Source of the DNA: an uncultured Alphaproteobacteria bacterium | GTDB taxonomy: Bacteria > Pseudomonadota > Alphaproteobacteria > RF32 > CAG-239 | Length of the DNA: 64,000 bases | Direction: 5' to 3' | Assembly (NCBI GenBank): GCA_944392865.1 | Contig: CALXYD010000002.1 | Span: forward strand, 4,896 to 68,895 | Part shown: positions 1 to 9,320 of the stretch, piece by piece | Layout of the letters: the number at the start of each line of letters is the position of its first letter | Numbering within the stretch: position 1 is the first letter of the stretch | Position numbers and translations under genes: made by a program | The notes under the pieces: model-generated | The model's input: only the letters and a program-made list of their open reading frames with translations | The model's database searches: none | Told to the model about the DNA's origin: nothing

Positions 1-718
1 CGACAAAAACCCCGTCAACATCAAGTGTTTTTACTTTATCGTCCTCAATATTTCTGATTTTCAAACCGGTAACTTTACGCGGTTCATCTTCTCCCAAGAT
101 CTCCTCAACCACGCTATTCCATTCCGGAACAATTTTTTTATTGGCAAATAATTTATCTTGCAAAATTTTATCTGCCCGGAGTTGATGTCTCCGATGTACT
201 AAAATAACTTTATTTGCCAGCGTTGCCAAATACAGAGCCTCAGAAACGGCAGAATTGCCGCCGCCGATAACGGCAACCGTTTTACCGCGGTAAAAAAAGC
301 CGTCACACGTCGCACAGGCAGAAACGCCATACCCAAGATATTTCTTTTCCGAAGGAATATTAAGCCACTTCGCCGAAGACCCTGTTGCTACGATAACGGC
401 TTTTGCATTATATGAATGTCCGTTTTCCGAACTGCACTCAAACGGGCGACGGGCAAAATCAACTTCAACAATACTGTCATTAACAAATTGAACGCCCAAA
501 TTCAAAGCCTGCTGTTTCATCTTATCCATCAGCTCAAAACCGCTAATTTCGGCAAATCCCGGAAAATTCTCAATACTGGACGTCATTGTTAATTGTCCGC
601 CTTCCTGATTGCCGGAAACAATCATCGTTTTAACCCCGGCGCGCGCCGCATAAATGCCTGCCGTATATCCGGCCGGTCCGGAACCCAAAATTAACAAATC
701 AGTCGTATATAATGCCAT
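1..718 (-). CDS. trxB: thioredoxin-disulfide reductase (3-prime end runs off the window)
   Basis: Absent from the ORF track because it is open at the window edge. My translation from the ATG at 718 gives MALYTTDLLILGSGPAGYTAGIYAARAGVKT (FAD GxGxxG). The redox motif SACATCDG is encoded near 300-325 and a GGGNSA NADPH motif follows. Confidence 0.9.
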   Translation of the reverse strand, partial: MALYTTDLLILGSGPAGYTAGIYAARAGVKTMIVSGNQEGGQLTMTSSIENFPGFAEISGFELMDKMKQQALNLGVQFVNDSIVEVDFARRPFECSSENGHSYNAKAVIVATGSSAKWLNIPSEKKYLGYGVSACATCDGFFYRGKTVAVIGGGNSAVSEALYLATLANKVILVHRRHQLRADKILQDKLFANKKIVPEWNSVVEEILGEDEPRKVTGLKIRNIEDDKVKTLDVDGVFV

Positions 719-737
719 AACAGCCTCCTAAATTCGG

Positions 738-1418
738 TTAGTTCAATAATTTCAACGTATTTTCGCGCAATTTCTTCACACGCACAGCTTTATCTTTTTC
801 TCCCTGTATCTCATAAATCGCCGCCAGCTGACTACAAATATAAAGCGTATCTTGATATTTTTCATACACGCTTTCTTTCTGCGCCATAACTTCATCCAAT
901 GCTTTTTCCAAAAATTGCGCTTTTATATGCGAAACATCGGCATTTTGCGCCAACAACATATACGCGGCAAATTTATCCTCCTTACTATGACTATCTGCCC
1001 ACATATCTTCCACGCGAACATAAGCATCTTCATCATTCAAATAAAAATATAAATCTTTCAAAATCAATAAAACATAATTCTTTTCCGCCATATTCCCGGC
1101 ATACGTCAACGCCTGGTTAAAATACTCGGTTGCGAGAAAGTATTTACTATTATCTTGATTTTGTAAAGCTTCTTCATAATAAATATCGCCAAGTTTTGCA
1201 TAAACTTGATACAAGACCTCCGCAATTTCGGACGTATATTCTTCCCTGCCTTGCAAAAATTTGGTAAAATACCGCAAAACAGCGCTATATTGCATTATAC
1301 GGGCTTCATTATTCAAAAATTTTTCCCGTTCGGTCACAACTTTATATAATTGCAAAAAATTCTTTTCAGCCCTGCCGCTTTCAATTTCTGTCGGTTTCTG
1401 CATATTGCACCCCGCCAC
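738..1418 (-). CDS. hypothetical helical-repeat (TPR-like) protein
   Basis: 226-aa ORF packed between the DUF2769-like ORF (7-nt gap) and trxB (19-nt gap). The composition looks like helical repeats. I do not recognise the family with certainty. The true start may be the second Met (MQKPTEIE). Confidence 0.5.
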   Translation of the reverse strand: MAGCNMQKPTEIESGRAEKNFLQLYKVVTEREKFLNNEARIMQYSAVLRYFTKFLQGREEYTSEIAEVLYQVYAKLGDIYYEEALQNQDNSKYFLATEYFNQALTYAGNMAEKNYVLLILKDLYFYLNDEDAYVRVEDMWADSHSKEDKFAAYMLLAQNADVSHIKAQFLEKALDEVMAQKESVYEKYQDTLYICSQLAAIYEIQGEKDKAVRVKKLRENTLKLLN

Positions 1419-1425
1419 ATCAAAA

Positions 1426-1749
1426 TTAAAACACGCCGCCGGTATTCAAGCAATAATCTTCATTATTAAGAGCATATTTTTTATGCACCATACACTTTGC
1501 ACACAAACAACCCTGATTTTCATGTATGCAATTGCTTTTTTCAAAAGCACAAAACATCACTTCCAAATGTTGCAAATGCGAAACATCAAAAGGAATTTCC
1601 TGCCCGTTTTTCAATTTACAACGGGACGAATAAGACGGACACTTCAAACAAAGGCAAGACCTGACATTTTCAACTGTTTTATCCACGCGCATATTCTTTC
1701 TCCTGACATTACGGCTCAACAGCCTACAAATATGCACTGCATAACCCAA
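1426..1749 (-). CDS. small Cys-rich protein, DUF2769-like
   Basis: 107 aa with the paired motifs CLCLKCPSY and GCLCAKC plus further Cys. This resembles my recollection of DUF2769 proteins and needs an HMM check. Confidence 0.55.
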   Translation of the reverse strand: MGYAVHICRLLSRNVRRKNMRVDKTVENVRSCLCLKCPSYSSRCKLKNGQEIPFDVSHLQHLEVMFCAFEKSNCIHENQGCLCAKCMVHKKYALNNEDYCLNTGGVF

Positions 1750-1786
1750 AACAATTAACCTGCTTTGTAACTTTTAGGATATACCC

Positions 1787-2095
1787 TTAAATACGAATAA
1801 ATTTTCCCGGCTCAATTTGCGGCAAAAAATAATTTCGCACCCCTGGCAAAAAAGAAATTTTATCCACCCGGGCAAACATTGGGCCACGATAACAATATTT
1901 TATCATCTCATTGATATTATCTTCCTCGCCGCACATCAAAATCTCCACGCTTCCGTCATCTTCATTTCTGACCCAGCCCGAAATTCCGCCAATATCCTGT
2001 GCTTTTGCCACCGCCCAGCGCCGATAACCGATTCCTTGCACCCGTCCTTCAATTTTCAAATAAACTTCTTTCATTACAAACCTTTTCCAATTCAA
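1787..2095 (-). CDS. acyP: acylphosphatase
   Basis: Carries the family signatures VYLKIEGRVQGIGYRRW and GWVRNEDDGSVEI. An alternative start at 2074 (MKEVYLK) is plausible. Confidence 0.85.
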   Translation of the reverse strand: MNWKRFVMKEVYLKIEGRVQGIGYRRWAVAKAQDIGGISGWVRNEDDGSVEILMCGEEDNINEMIKYCYRGPMFARVDKISFLPGVRNYFLPQIEPGKFIRI

Positions 2096-2564
2096 TTATT
2101 TTCTGTTTTATAGCTTGTTGTCTTTTCTTTGTTTCCTTGTCCTTACCCCAACGCTCCTGCTGCGCCAATTCTTCCGCAAAAGCCAACCGAAAAACATCAT
2201 CTGCCGATAAAGCCCGATTCGCCAGCAACACACCGGCTAAAACTGAACGCAACTCAGTTGCAGTCAAATATACCACGGCAAACCTATAATCATCTGTTTT
2301 TTCCAAATACTGCCGAACAATCTCTTGTTGTTCAATATTCTGCCGGCAAACTTCCACCCCTAAAACCGGCACAAATTTTGTTCCCATAATTTCATTTGCC
2401 GATTTAATTGCGTCACCAACCTCCTTTTGCGTCTTCTCATTTGAAACATCGGATAAATACAATAACGTATCCGTTGCCGCAAAAGGAACAAGCAGCGAAA
2501 CAAGCTCCTGCTTCATTTTCGCTGCTTCTTGCACCTGCGTTAAAATTTGTTCTCCGACTGTCAT
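2049..2564 (-). CDS. ATP12-family (F1-ATPase assembly chaperone-like) protein, short form
   Basis: The C-terminal AFAEELAQQERWGKDKE and the preceding helical region resemble the ATP12 C-terminal domain. I trimmed the start to MTVGEQ at 2564, 1 nt after the asmA-like stop. The 207-aa track ORF would overlap the upstream gene by 107 nt. Confidence 0.5.
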   Translation of the reverse strand: MTVGEQILTQVQEAAKMKQELVSLLVPFAATDTLLYLSDVSNEKTQKEVGDAIKSANEIMGTKFVPVLGVEVCRQNIEQQEIVRQYLEKTDDYRFAVVYLTATELRSVLAGVLLANRALSADDVFRLAFAEELAQQERWGKDKETKKRQQAIKQKIIELEKVCNERSLFEN

Positions 2565-2565
2565 T

Positions 2566-4677
2566 CTACTTTCTTTTAAGATTTTTAACACTTCCGGACA
2601 GCATATCAAAAATATTCTTGGTCGCATCTTTAACCGTCCCGACGCTGTCGTTAAAAATCTGGCCGACATCATCGCTCGTCTGGCTCACAACATTATCAGG
2701 TTTGGGAAATCTGCTTTCATATCCCGTTCCTTCCAGAGCCGTATAGCAAGGAGAACCATCGTTTTCTAACAACATCTGCGACCCAAGATAGGCCGGCCCC
2801 GCTGTCGTCACCCCAACAATCGTTTTTATCGCATTTGCGCTGTCAACCCCGATTCGCGGATTTTGCAGCGTTCCCGTAAGTTTAACCAACGAAGACAACG
2901 CCTTGGCGATATTAGCGTCAGATAATTTTCCCGCAAACGGTTTTATGCTTAAACTGATAGCATCATCTTGCAAATTGATATTGCCGTCCGCAACCAGCGT
3001 AAATTTATCCGCATTAACAGCTATCCCGTTCGGAAAACTGGCTTTTCCATTCTTAACATCGGCGCGCACAACCGCACAACGCAAATTCAAATCGTCATTT
3101 TCTTTGACAATCTTAAGCGTATCCAAAAGCTGGCTGATAACATTTCCTTTCAATACGCCGATATTACCAAGATGTGCTTGCGATTCGTCAACAATCATAA
3201 CCACCCGTCCGTCAAGACTATCAACAATCTCCGTAGCTGTTTCGCCCAGCCCTTTAATATCGGCATAAAAGTCTGCCACGCCGCCGCTAAGCACCACAAA
3301 CGAATTACTATTGACATTCAAAATTTGTAATAATTGCGGGATACTTAACTTTTGCACTTTCGCATCCACCGCCGCTGATTTATCCGCAGCATTTGCCGTC
3401 AACGTAGCCTGCACGTTTCCACCGGCAATTTGTCCCTGCAAAACATTCAAACTCGCCACGCCATTATTGAGTTTTGCCGCAATTTTCAAATTTTGTGCCA
3501 AAACCGCCGTTCCCTGCGCCAACTGCGCAATATCTGCCGTAACATCAGCATTAACAATATAAAAAGCATCATACGGAATGACAATTGACGGAACTAAAGC
3601 TGTTGCCTGCGCTTCTTTAATCAAAGAAAACGGCAGCCCCGCCTGCTTCTTAACCGCAAATGACGCGACATCTATTCTGTCAGACTTCAACTTCGCCTGC
3701 ACGGACGGTATTTTCGCCGACAAATCAGCTTCGGCCGTTCCGGTTATTTTATTCCCGGCAATTTCAACACTGTTGATTTCCGCCGCAATTTTTTTCAAAT
3801 TCCCGTTAAGTGTTACATCTGCCGATTCGTTATATCCGCTGTTCGCACCCAAAAACTTTTTAGCCCGAACATTACCGGAAAAACGTAAATCGCTCATCAT
3901 ATCAAATAACGTAACATTTGCCATGACATCTATTCCGGCAACGCCAAATTCTCCGGAAACCGGATATCCGGCAGAACTTTCCAATTTATCAAACCCGCCA
4001 AGAACGCCTTTACCGTGATATAACCTATCATTGACATTAAACGAAAAATCCATATTGCCGTCGCTGTTTTCATCTAACCCCAGCTCTGCCACCGCATAAC
4101 TTTGCGTTTTACCTGTTTTATCCGTATAATTAACGGTAACATTATGGAGTAAAACCTGCTTGATTACCAACGACGATAAATTAAAACTGCTTTCAGCGGC
4201 AACAACATCCGCTGCATATGCACTCTTTATAAGCTGAAATCTGCCCGCCGGCATAATCTGCGCAACTTTTTGTTCCTCTTCCTTAACAAATTCCCAATTA
4301 AATTTTCCGTCCGCGCTTTCTTCCAAATTAACTTTGGCATTTTCAATAATAAATTCATTCACCTCTATTTTCTTTTGCAACAACGGCATAATGGCAAAAC
4401 CCAGTTGCACTGATTGAGCCGAAACCATTACCGGCTCTTTCGCCCATTCAGCATTTGAAAACGTAACGTCTTTTACTTCAATCAACGGATTAAGCGAGAT
4501 TTTTACCCCTATATCACCGATAGAGAGTTGCCTTCCGGTTTGCTCGTATGCTAATTTTACAATACTCTCCTTATACCGGTTAAAGTCAATCTGCGTCAAC
4601 AAAACATAAACAGCCGCCACCATAATCAAACATAAACAGATTACGGTTACAAGCAAGACCTTAAAAAATTTTCTCAT
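2566..4677 (-). CDS. AsmA-family outer-membrane assembly protein
   Basis: 703 aa with one N-terminal TM helix (VLLVTVICLCLIMVAAVYVLL). A long beta-rich periplasmic body typical of AsmA-like proteins follows. Confidence 0.75.
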   Translation of the reverse strand: MRKFFKVLLVTVICLCLIMVAAVYVLLTQIDFNRYKESIVKLAYEQTGRQLSIGDIGVKISLNPLIEVKDVTFSNAEWAKEPVMVSAQSVQLGFAIMPLLQKKIEVNEFIIENAKVNLEESADGKFNWEFVKEEEQKVAQIMPAGRFQLIKSAYAADVVAAESSFNLSSLVIKQVLLHNVTVNYTDKTGKTQSYAVAELGLDENSDGNMDFSFNVNDRLYHGKGVLGGFDKLESSAGYPVSGEFGVAGIDVMANVTLFDMMSDLRFSGNVRAKKFLGANSGYNESADVTLNGNLKKIAAEINSVEIAGNKITGTAEADLSAKIPSVQAKLKSDRIDVASFAVKKQAGLPFSLIKEAQATALVPSIVIPYDAFYIVNADVTADIAQLAQGTAVLAQNLKIAAKLNNGVASLNVLQGQIAGGNVQATLTANAADKSAAVDAKVQKLSIPQLLQILNVNSNSFVVLSGGVADFYADIKGLGETATEIVDSLDGRVVMIVDESQAHLGNIGVLKGNVISQLLDTLKIVKENDDLNLRCAVVRADVKNGKASFPNGIAVNADKFTLVADGNINLQDDAISLSIKPFAGKLSDANIAKALSSLVKLTGTLQNPRIGVDSANAIKTIVGVTTAGPAYLGSQMLLENDGSPCYTALEGTGYESRFPKPDNVVSQTSDDVGQIFNDSVGTVKDATKNIFDMLSGSVKNLKRK

Positions 4678-5611
4678 ACCTCTGCTCCTTAAAATCCATT
4701 CCGAGAGTTTTCAAACTTTCCTTAAAATAATCCGGCAATTTTGCTTTCACAACCATTTTTTTGCCATACACCGAAGATAAATCAATCTGATATGCGTGCA
4801 AATGCAGTTTATCCGCAAACATCTTGCTTCTATCTCTTTCTTTGCCGAAATATTTATCATCACCAATAATTGGCGCCCCGATATACTCAAGATGAGCACG
4901 AATTTGATGTGTCCGCCCCGTCAGAGGACTCGCGGCAATTAGCGCATATTTATCGCCAACATTGTCCAACACTTCAAAAAAAGTAACAGCTTGTTTTCCC
5001 TCTTCTGAAACATACACTTTTTCTCCGGCTTTTTCCAGCGGAGCCTTAATTTCTCCGCTCATTTTAGCCGGAACGCCTCTGACCAAAGTCAAATATGTCT
5101 TCTGCAACGTATGCTCTCTAAACGCCTTTGTCAAGCCATCCGCCATTTTTCTGTTTCGCGCTAAAACCAAAACACCGCTGGTGTCCTTATCAATTCTATG
5201 AACAAGCCTCGGCTTTTCCGGCAAATCAAATTTGAGAGCCTCTAACATTCCGTCTATATGGCGCAACGTATTTGTTCCGCCCTGCACAGCCAAACCGGAT
5301 GGTTTATTCAAAACAATCACATCATCGTCTTTATAAATAATCATATCTTTAATATATTGAGCATCTTTGGTGCTAATCACTGCCCCATCAGAAACTTTCT
5401 TTTCCTGTTCCAGCGGCGGCACCCGGATTTCTTGCCCTGTCAACAGCCTGCTTCCCGATTCGGCGCGTTTCCCGTCAATTTTAATCTGCTTAGTTCGCAA
5501 AAGCTTTTGCAATCTGCCAAGTCCCAGTCCCGGATAATATTTCAAAAACCAGCGATTCAGCCGCATCCCGTCATCTTCAGGCTTAACTTTTATAATCTCT
5601 ACGCCGCTCAT
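4661..5611 (-). CDS. rluC: RluA/RluC-family rRNA pseudouridine synthase
   Basis: S4-like N-terminus, catalytic HRIDKDTSG motif and GRTHQIR. The start overlaps the rarA stop by 4 nt. Confidence 0.88.
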   Translation of the reverse strand: MSGVEIIKVKPEDDGMRLNRWFLKYYPGLGLGRLQKLLRTKQIKIDGKRAESGSRLLTGQEIRVPPLEQEKKVSDGAVISTKDAQYIKDMIIYKDDDVIVLNKPSGLAVQGGTNTLRHIDGMLEALKFDLPEKPRLVHRIDKDTSGVLVLARNRKMADGLTKAFREHTLQKTYLTLVRGVPAKMSGEIKAPLEKAGEKVYVSEEGKQAVTFFEVLDNVGDKYALIAASPLTGRTHQIRAHLEYIGAPIIGDDKYFGKERDRSKMFADKLHLHAYQIDLSSVYGKKMVVKAKLPDYFKESLKTLGMDFKEQRYEKIF

Positions 5612-6930
5612 TTTACCTCATCTTTCTTCATTTTCTTTTGCTTTTCCACACGCAACTTATCAAAATAATCTATTCTTTTCCGAATCTCTCTCTCAAAACC
5701 TCTGTCAACCGGATTATAAAAACGCCGCCGCCCCATTTCTTCAGGAAAATAATTCTGCCCGGAAAAACCATCTTCCAAATCCTGATCATAAACATATCCG
5801 TCGTGATATCCCAATTCTTTCATAAGTTTGGTCGGCGCATTTAGAATATGCTTCGGCGGCATTAAAGAACCCGTTTGTTTCGCCGTATCAATGGCGCTGT
5901 GCATAGCTTTATAAACTGCAGCGGATTTCGGCGCCGTCGCCAAATAAGCCGTCAGCTGCATAACCGCCAAATCCCCTTCTGGCGACCCCAGACGCTCATA
6001 AACCTCTGCACAGGCTATAGCCTGCGTTACCGCGTTCGGATCCGCCAAAGACACATCTTCTACGGCAAAACGCACCAACCGTCGCAAAATATACCGCGGG
6101 TCTTCGCCGGAAACAATCATTCTCGCCACCCAATAAAGCGCCGCATCAACATCTGACCCACGCAACGATTTATGCACCGCCGAAATCAGATTATAATGTC
6201 CATCCCGTCCTTTATCATATACCGGCGCCCGGGAACGGATAATCTTCATCAGTTTATTCTTATCAAAAATCTCTCCTGATTTGGCATAATCCCAAATACT
6301 CTCTGCCAAATTAAGGATATACCGCCCATCGCCGTCGGCAATACTTTTCATAAATTCGCGCGCCTCATCATCAACCGGCAATTTTTTTCCTTCTTCTTTT
6401 TCCGCCCGTTGCAATAAAACTTCAAAATTTTCCGGCGTCAACCGATTTAAAACAAACACCTGGCAACGGGATAACAACGCCGCATTCAGTTCAAAAGACG
6501 GATTTTCCGTTGTTGCACCGACTAAAATAACCGTTCCGTCTTCAACGTATGGCAAAAAACCGTCTTGCTGAGATTTATTAAACCGATGAATTTCATCAAC
6601 AAACAACAACGTTCCTTTTCCCTGCGTCATTTTTCGGTCTTGCGCATATTGAAAAACTCTTTTCAAATCCGCCACACCGGAAAACACGGCAGAAATCTGT
6701 TCAAAATACAAATTTGTATATTCTGCAATCAACCGGGCAATCGTTGTCTTGCCGCATCCCGGCGGCCCCCACAAAATAAATGAAGAAATATGTCCGGTTC
6801 GAATCATCCGCCCCAACGGCGAATCATTGCCCACAACCTGCTCCTGCCCGACAACATCTTCCAATCTGTCCGGTCTTAATCTATCCGCCAGCGGCCTCTT
6901 TACCCTGCTGGAAAAAAGCGTTTCTTCCAT
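5608..6930 (-). CDS. rarA: replication-associated recombination protein A (AAA+ ATPase)
   Basis: Walker A GPPGCGKTT, Walker B LFVDEIHRFNK and a MgsA-type C-terminal domain. Confidence 0.92.
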   Translation of the reverse strand: MEETLFSSRVKRPLADRLRPDRLEDVVGQEQVVGNDSPLGRMIRTGHISSFILWGPPGCGKTTIARLIAEYTNLYFEQISAVFSGVADLKRVFQYAQDRKMTQGKGTLLFVDEIHRFNKSQQDGFLPYVEDGTVILVGATTENPSFELNAALLSRCQVFVLNRLTPENFEVLLQRAEKEEGKKLPVDDEAREFMKSIADGDGRYILNLAESIWDYAKSGEIFDKNKLMKIIRSRAPVYDKGRDGHYNLISAVHKSLRGSDVDAALYWVARMIVSGEDPRYILRRLVRFAVEDVSLADPNAVTQAIACAEVYERLGSPEGDLAVMQLTAYLATAPKSAAVYKAMHSAIDTAKQTGSLMPPKHILNAPTKLMKELGYHDGYVYDQDLEDGFSGQNYFPEEMGRRRFYNPVDRGFEREIRKRIDYFDKLRVEKQKKMKKDEVK

Positions 6931-7122
6931 TTTCTTTTACTAACTTAATTCATCATTCTTAAAACAATCTTCTCATAACACAAAAAATCTAAAAAAGCTA
7001 TTCTTTTTAAAATATTTCTTAACTTTCGCCTGTTTTTGACGTGAATTGAGATATAATTCTTGACTCTCGGCAAGAAAGTTATACTATCCTAGCGGTTAAT
7101 AATAATTACGCAGGAAGCTGTT

Positions 7123-7947
7123 ATGAGTTTTAAAGATTTAGGATTAAGCGATAAAACCATCCGGGCAATTGAAGATTTAGGCTATACGGAACCGACAACT
7201 GTTCAAAAAGATGTTATCCCGTCCGTCTTAGCCGGAAAAGATATTTTTACGATAGCCCCTGCCTCTTGCGGTAAAACCTGCTCATACATTTTTCCGCTCA
7301 TTGATATTATATCCCAAAAAAAAGGGCAAAATATCTTAATAATCACCGCAGATAACCGGGAAGCCGTCAAAATCTCTGATAAATTCTCAATTTTTAACAA
7401 ATACCATGAAGAAAACGACAATACAGAGGAAGCTGCCACTGATGATAATGAGTTGGAAGCGAATGTTATCATCGCCGCACCGGACTTACTCTTGGACAAT
7501 CTGGCAGAAAATCGCATAGATTTATCATCTACCCACATTTTAGTCGTTGACGATATAAATCTTATCAAGAAAAAAAGACAGCTTAAGAAACTGGATAAAA
7601 TTCTGGAGCTCTTACCCGTCAACAAGCAAAATATTGTATTCACGACCAGACGTTCAAAAGAAACTCAGGATACATTGGATAAAATACTCAAGACACCGGC
7701 AGAAATAAAAATAGATAAAGCTAAAGAAAGCGAAATAACCGCTCTTGGAGAAACCATTCCGGAACTGCCGGCTAAAAAAGAAACTAAAGAAAATAAAACA
7801 AATACATCTTCAAAATATAAAACAGATTTAAAGCCTCCTTTATTTGACAAACGTGCGCAGGATTTATCCCGGCGCTTCAAAGTCTTCGGCAAAAAAGTAC
7901 CGGCCTTTTTGCTGGCCAATTGCAAATTTGCCGACGAAGACGATTAA
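7123..7947 (+). CDS. DEAD-box helicase-like protein, RecA1 domain only, degenerate motifs
   Basis: The Q-motif region is intact (FKDLGLSDKTIRAIEDLGYTEPTTVQKDVIP). Motif I is APASCGKT instead of AQTGTGKT, motif II is VVDD instead of DEAD, and motif III is FTT instead of SAT. There is no RecA2 domain (no HRIGRTGR); a Lys-rich tail takes its place. Confidence 0.6.
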   Translation: MSFKDLGLSDKTIRAIEDLGYTEPTTVQKDVIPSVLAGKDIFTIAPASCGKTCSYIFPLIDIISQKKGQNILIITADNREAVKISDKFSIFNKYHEENDNTEEAATDDNELEANVIIAAPDLLLDNLAENRIDLSSTHILVVDDINLIKKKRQLKKLDKILELLPVNKQNIVFTTRRSKETQDTLDKILKTPAEIKIDKAKESEITALGETIPELPAKKETKENKTNTSSKYKTDLKPPLFDKRAQDLSRRFKVFGKKVPAFLLANCKFADEDD

Positions 7948-8026
7948 ATTTGAAAAATACTTGCACTATTTTTTCAAACGCTTATAAATACAATAACGAA
8001 ACTGATTAACTTTTATGGAGATCTAA

Positions 8027-8782
8027 ATGTCAGGACACTCCCAATTTAAAAACATTATGTACCGCAAAGGTGCACAAGATGCAAAAAAAGCCAGAGTATT
8101 TGCCAAACTCGCCCGTGAAATTACGGTTGCCGCCAAAAGCGGCTTGCCGGAACCGGACAAGAACCCGCGTTTGCGTTTAGCCATTCAGGCTGCCCGCGCC
8201 GAAAGTATGCCCAAAGATAACATTGAACGCGCAATCGCTAAAGCAACACAAGTCGCCGGCGGAGATGACTTTACCACAATGCGTTACGAAGGTTTCTCCC
8301 CCAACAAAGTCGCTGTTATCGTGGAAGCCTTAACCGATAACAAAAACCGTACCGCCAGCAATGTCCGCTCCATATTTGGCAAACGCGGCGGAACAATGGG
8401 CGAAACAGGCTCTGTTTCTTTCAATTTTGAACGCATCGGCTACATTGAATACCCCAAGAGCGTTGCCGACGCTGATAAAATGTTTGAAGAAGCGCTGGAA
8501 GCCGGCGCCAATGAAGTAATCTCCGAAGACGATATTCATTCCATTGAAACATTGCCGGATGACTTATCTGCCGTTACGGCTACTTTGGAAAAGAAATTCG
8601 GCACACCTTCCGCTTCCCGTCTGGACTGGAAACCAACAGTCAAAACCCCGATTACGGATGTTGAAACCGCTAAAAAGTTCCTGGAATTCATTGACGCTTT
8701 GGAAGAAGACGAAGACGTCCAGCACGTCTACCATAATGCGGAAATCTCCGATGACGTTATGGCTCAGCTGGAGGCTGAATAA
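8027..8782 (+). CDS. YebC/PmpR-family transcriptional regulator
   Basis: MSGHSQFKNIMYRKGAQDAKKA N-terminus and full-length YebC architecture. Its stop abuts the ruvC ATG. Confidence 0.92.
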   Translation: MSGHSQFKNIMYRKGAQDAKKARVFAKLAREITVAAKSGLPEPDKNPRLRLAIQAARAESMPKDNIERAIAKATQVAGGDDFTTMRYEGFSPNKVAVIVEALTDNKNRTASNVRSIFGKRGGTMGETGSVSFNFERIGYIEYPKSVADADKMFEEALEAGANEVISEDDIHSIETLPDDLSAVTATLEKKFGTPSASRLDWKPTVKTPITDVETAKKFLEFIDALEEDEDVQHVYHNAEISDDVMAQLEAE

Positions 8783-9271
8783 ATGCGTATCCTTGGCCTG
8801 GATCCGAGTATATCTTCCACCGGCTGGGGAATTATTGAAAAAAACGGAAACCGTCTGTCCTATGTGGCAGACGGTTTTATTCCGACTTCAGCTAAAGAAA
8901 CCCTGTCAAACCGCCTCCATACAATTTACAACGAATTAAAGAAAATCATTGAATTTTACAAACCCGATGAAGCTTCAATTGAAATTACATTTTTGAACAC
9001 TAATCCGGAAACTTCCTTAAAATTAAGTATGGCTCGCGGCGTCGTGTTTTTAATGCCGGCAATCTATAACATACCCTTGTTTGAATATGAACCAAACAAA
9101 ATCAAAAAAGCTTTGACCGGAGTCGGCAAGGCTGACAAAAATCAAGTGGAAACAATGGTTAAGATTCTCCTCCCCGGATGCCATCCTAAAAACAGCGACT
9201 CCTCTGATGCCCTCGCCATTGCCATTACCCATTGCAACCTACGCAACACATACGCCGACCATTGCGTTTAA
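8783..9271 (+). CDS. ruvC: crossover junction endodeoxyribonuclease RuvC
   Basis: MRILGLDPSISSTGWGII N-terminus with the catalytic Asp, and a C-terminal DSSDALAIAITH motif. Confidence 0.92.
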   Translation: MRILGLDPSISSTGWGIIEKNGNRLSYVADGFIPTSAKETLSNRLHTIYNELKKIIEFYKPDEASIEITFLNTNPETSLKLSMARGVVFLMPAIYNIPLFEYEPNKIKKALTGVGKADKNQVETMVKILLPGCHPKNSDSSDALAIAITHCNLRNTYADHCV

Positions 9272-9320
9272 ACGCAAAAAGCGCCCCATACAGAGCGCTC
9301 AAAACAAACAACAAATAAAC

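Noticed and set aside
1261-1758. 165-aa + strand ORF spanning two minus-strand genes
   Set aside because: It overlaps both the TPR-like and the DUF2769-like ORFs, and its sequence is hydrophobic and low in information. It is a shadow ORF.
2565-2672. N-terminal extension of the ATP12-like ORF; likewise 31142-31360 for the Tim44-like ORF and 47314-47385 for the DUF805 ORF
   Set aside because: The extensions overlap upstream genes or terminators and add non-homologous sequence. The internal Mets have better RBS or topology support.
6796-6805. GGTTCGAATC, a tRNA T-arm-like string
   Set aside because: It lies inside rarA coding sequence. I could not fold the flanking sequence into acceptor or anticodon stems.
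9263-9276. Palindrome TGCGTTTAAACGCA over the ruvC stop codon as another member of the word family
   Set aside because: It contains only the generic GTTTAAAC palindrome and not the GTATTTAAA core. A match this short is expected by chance in AT-rich DNA.
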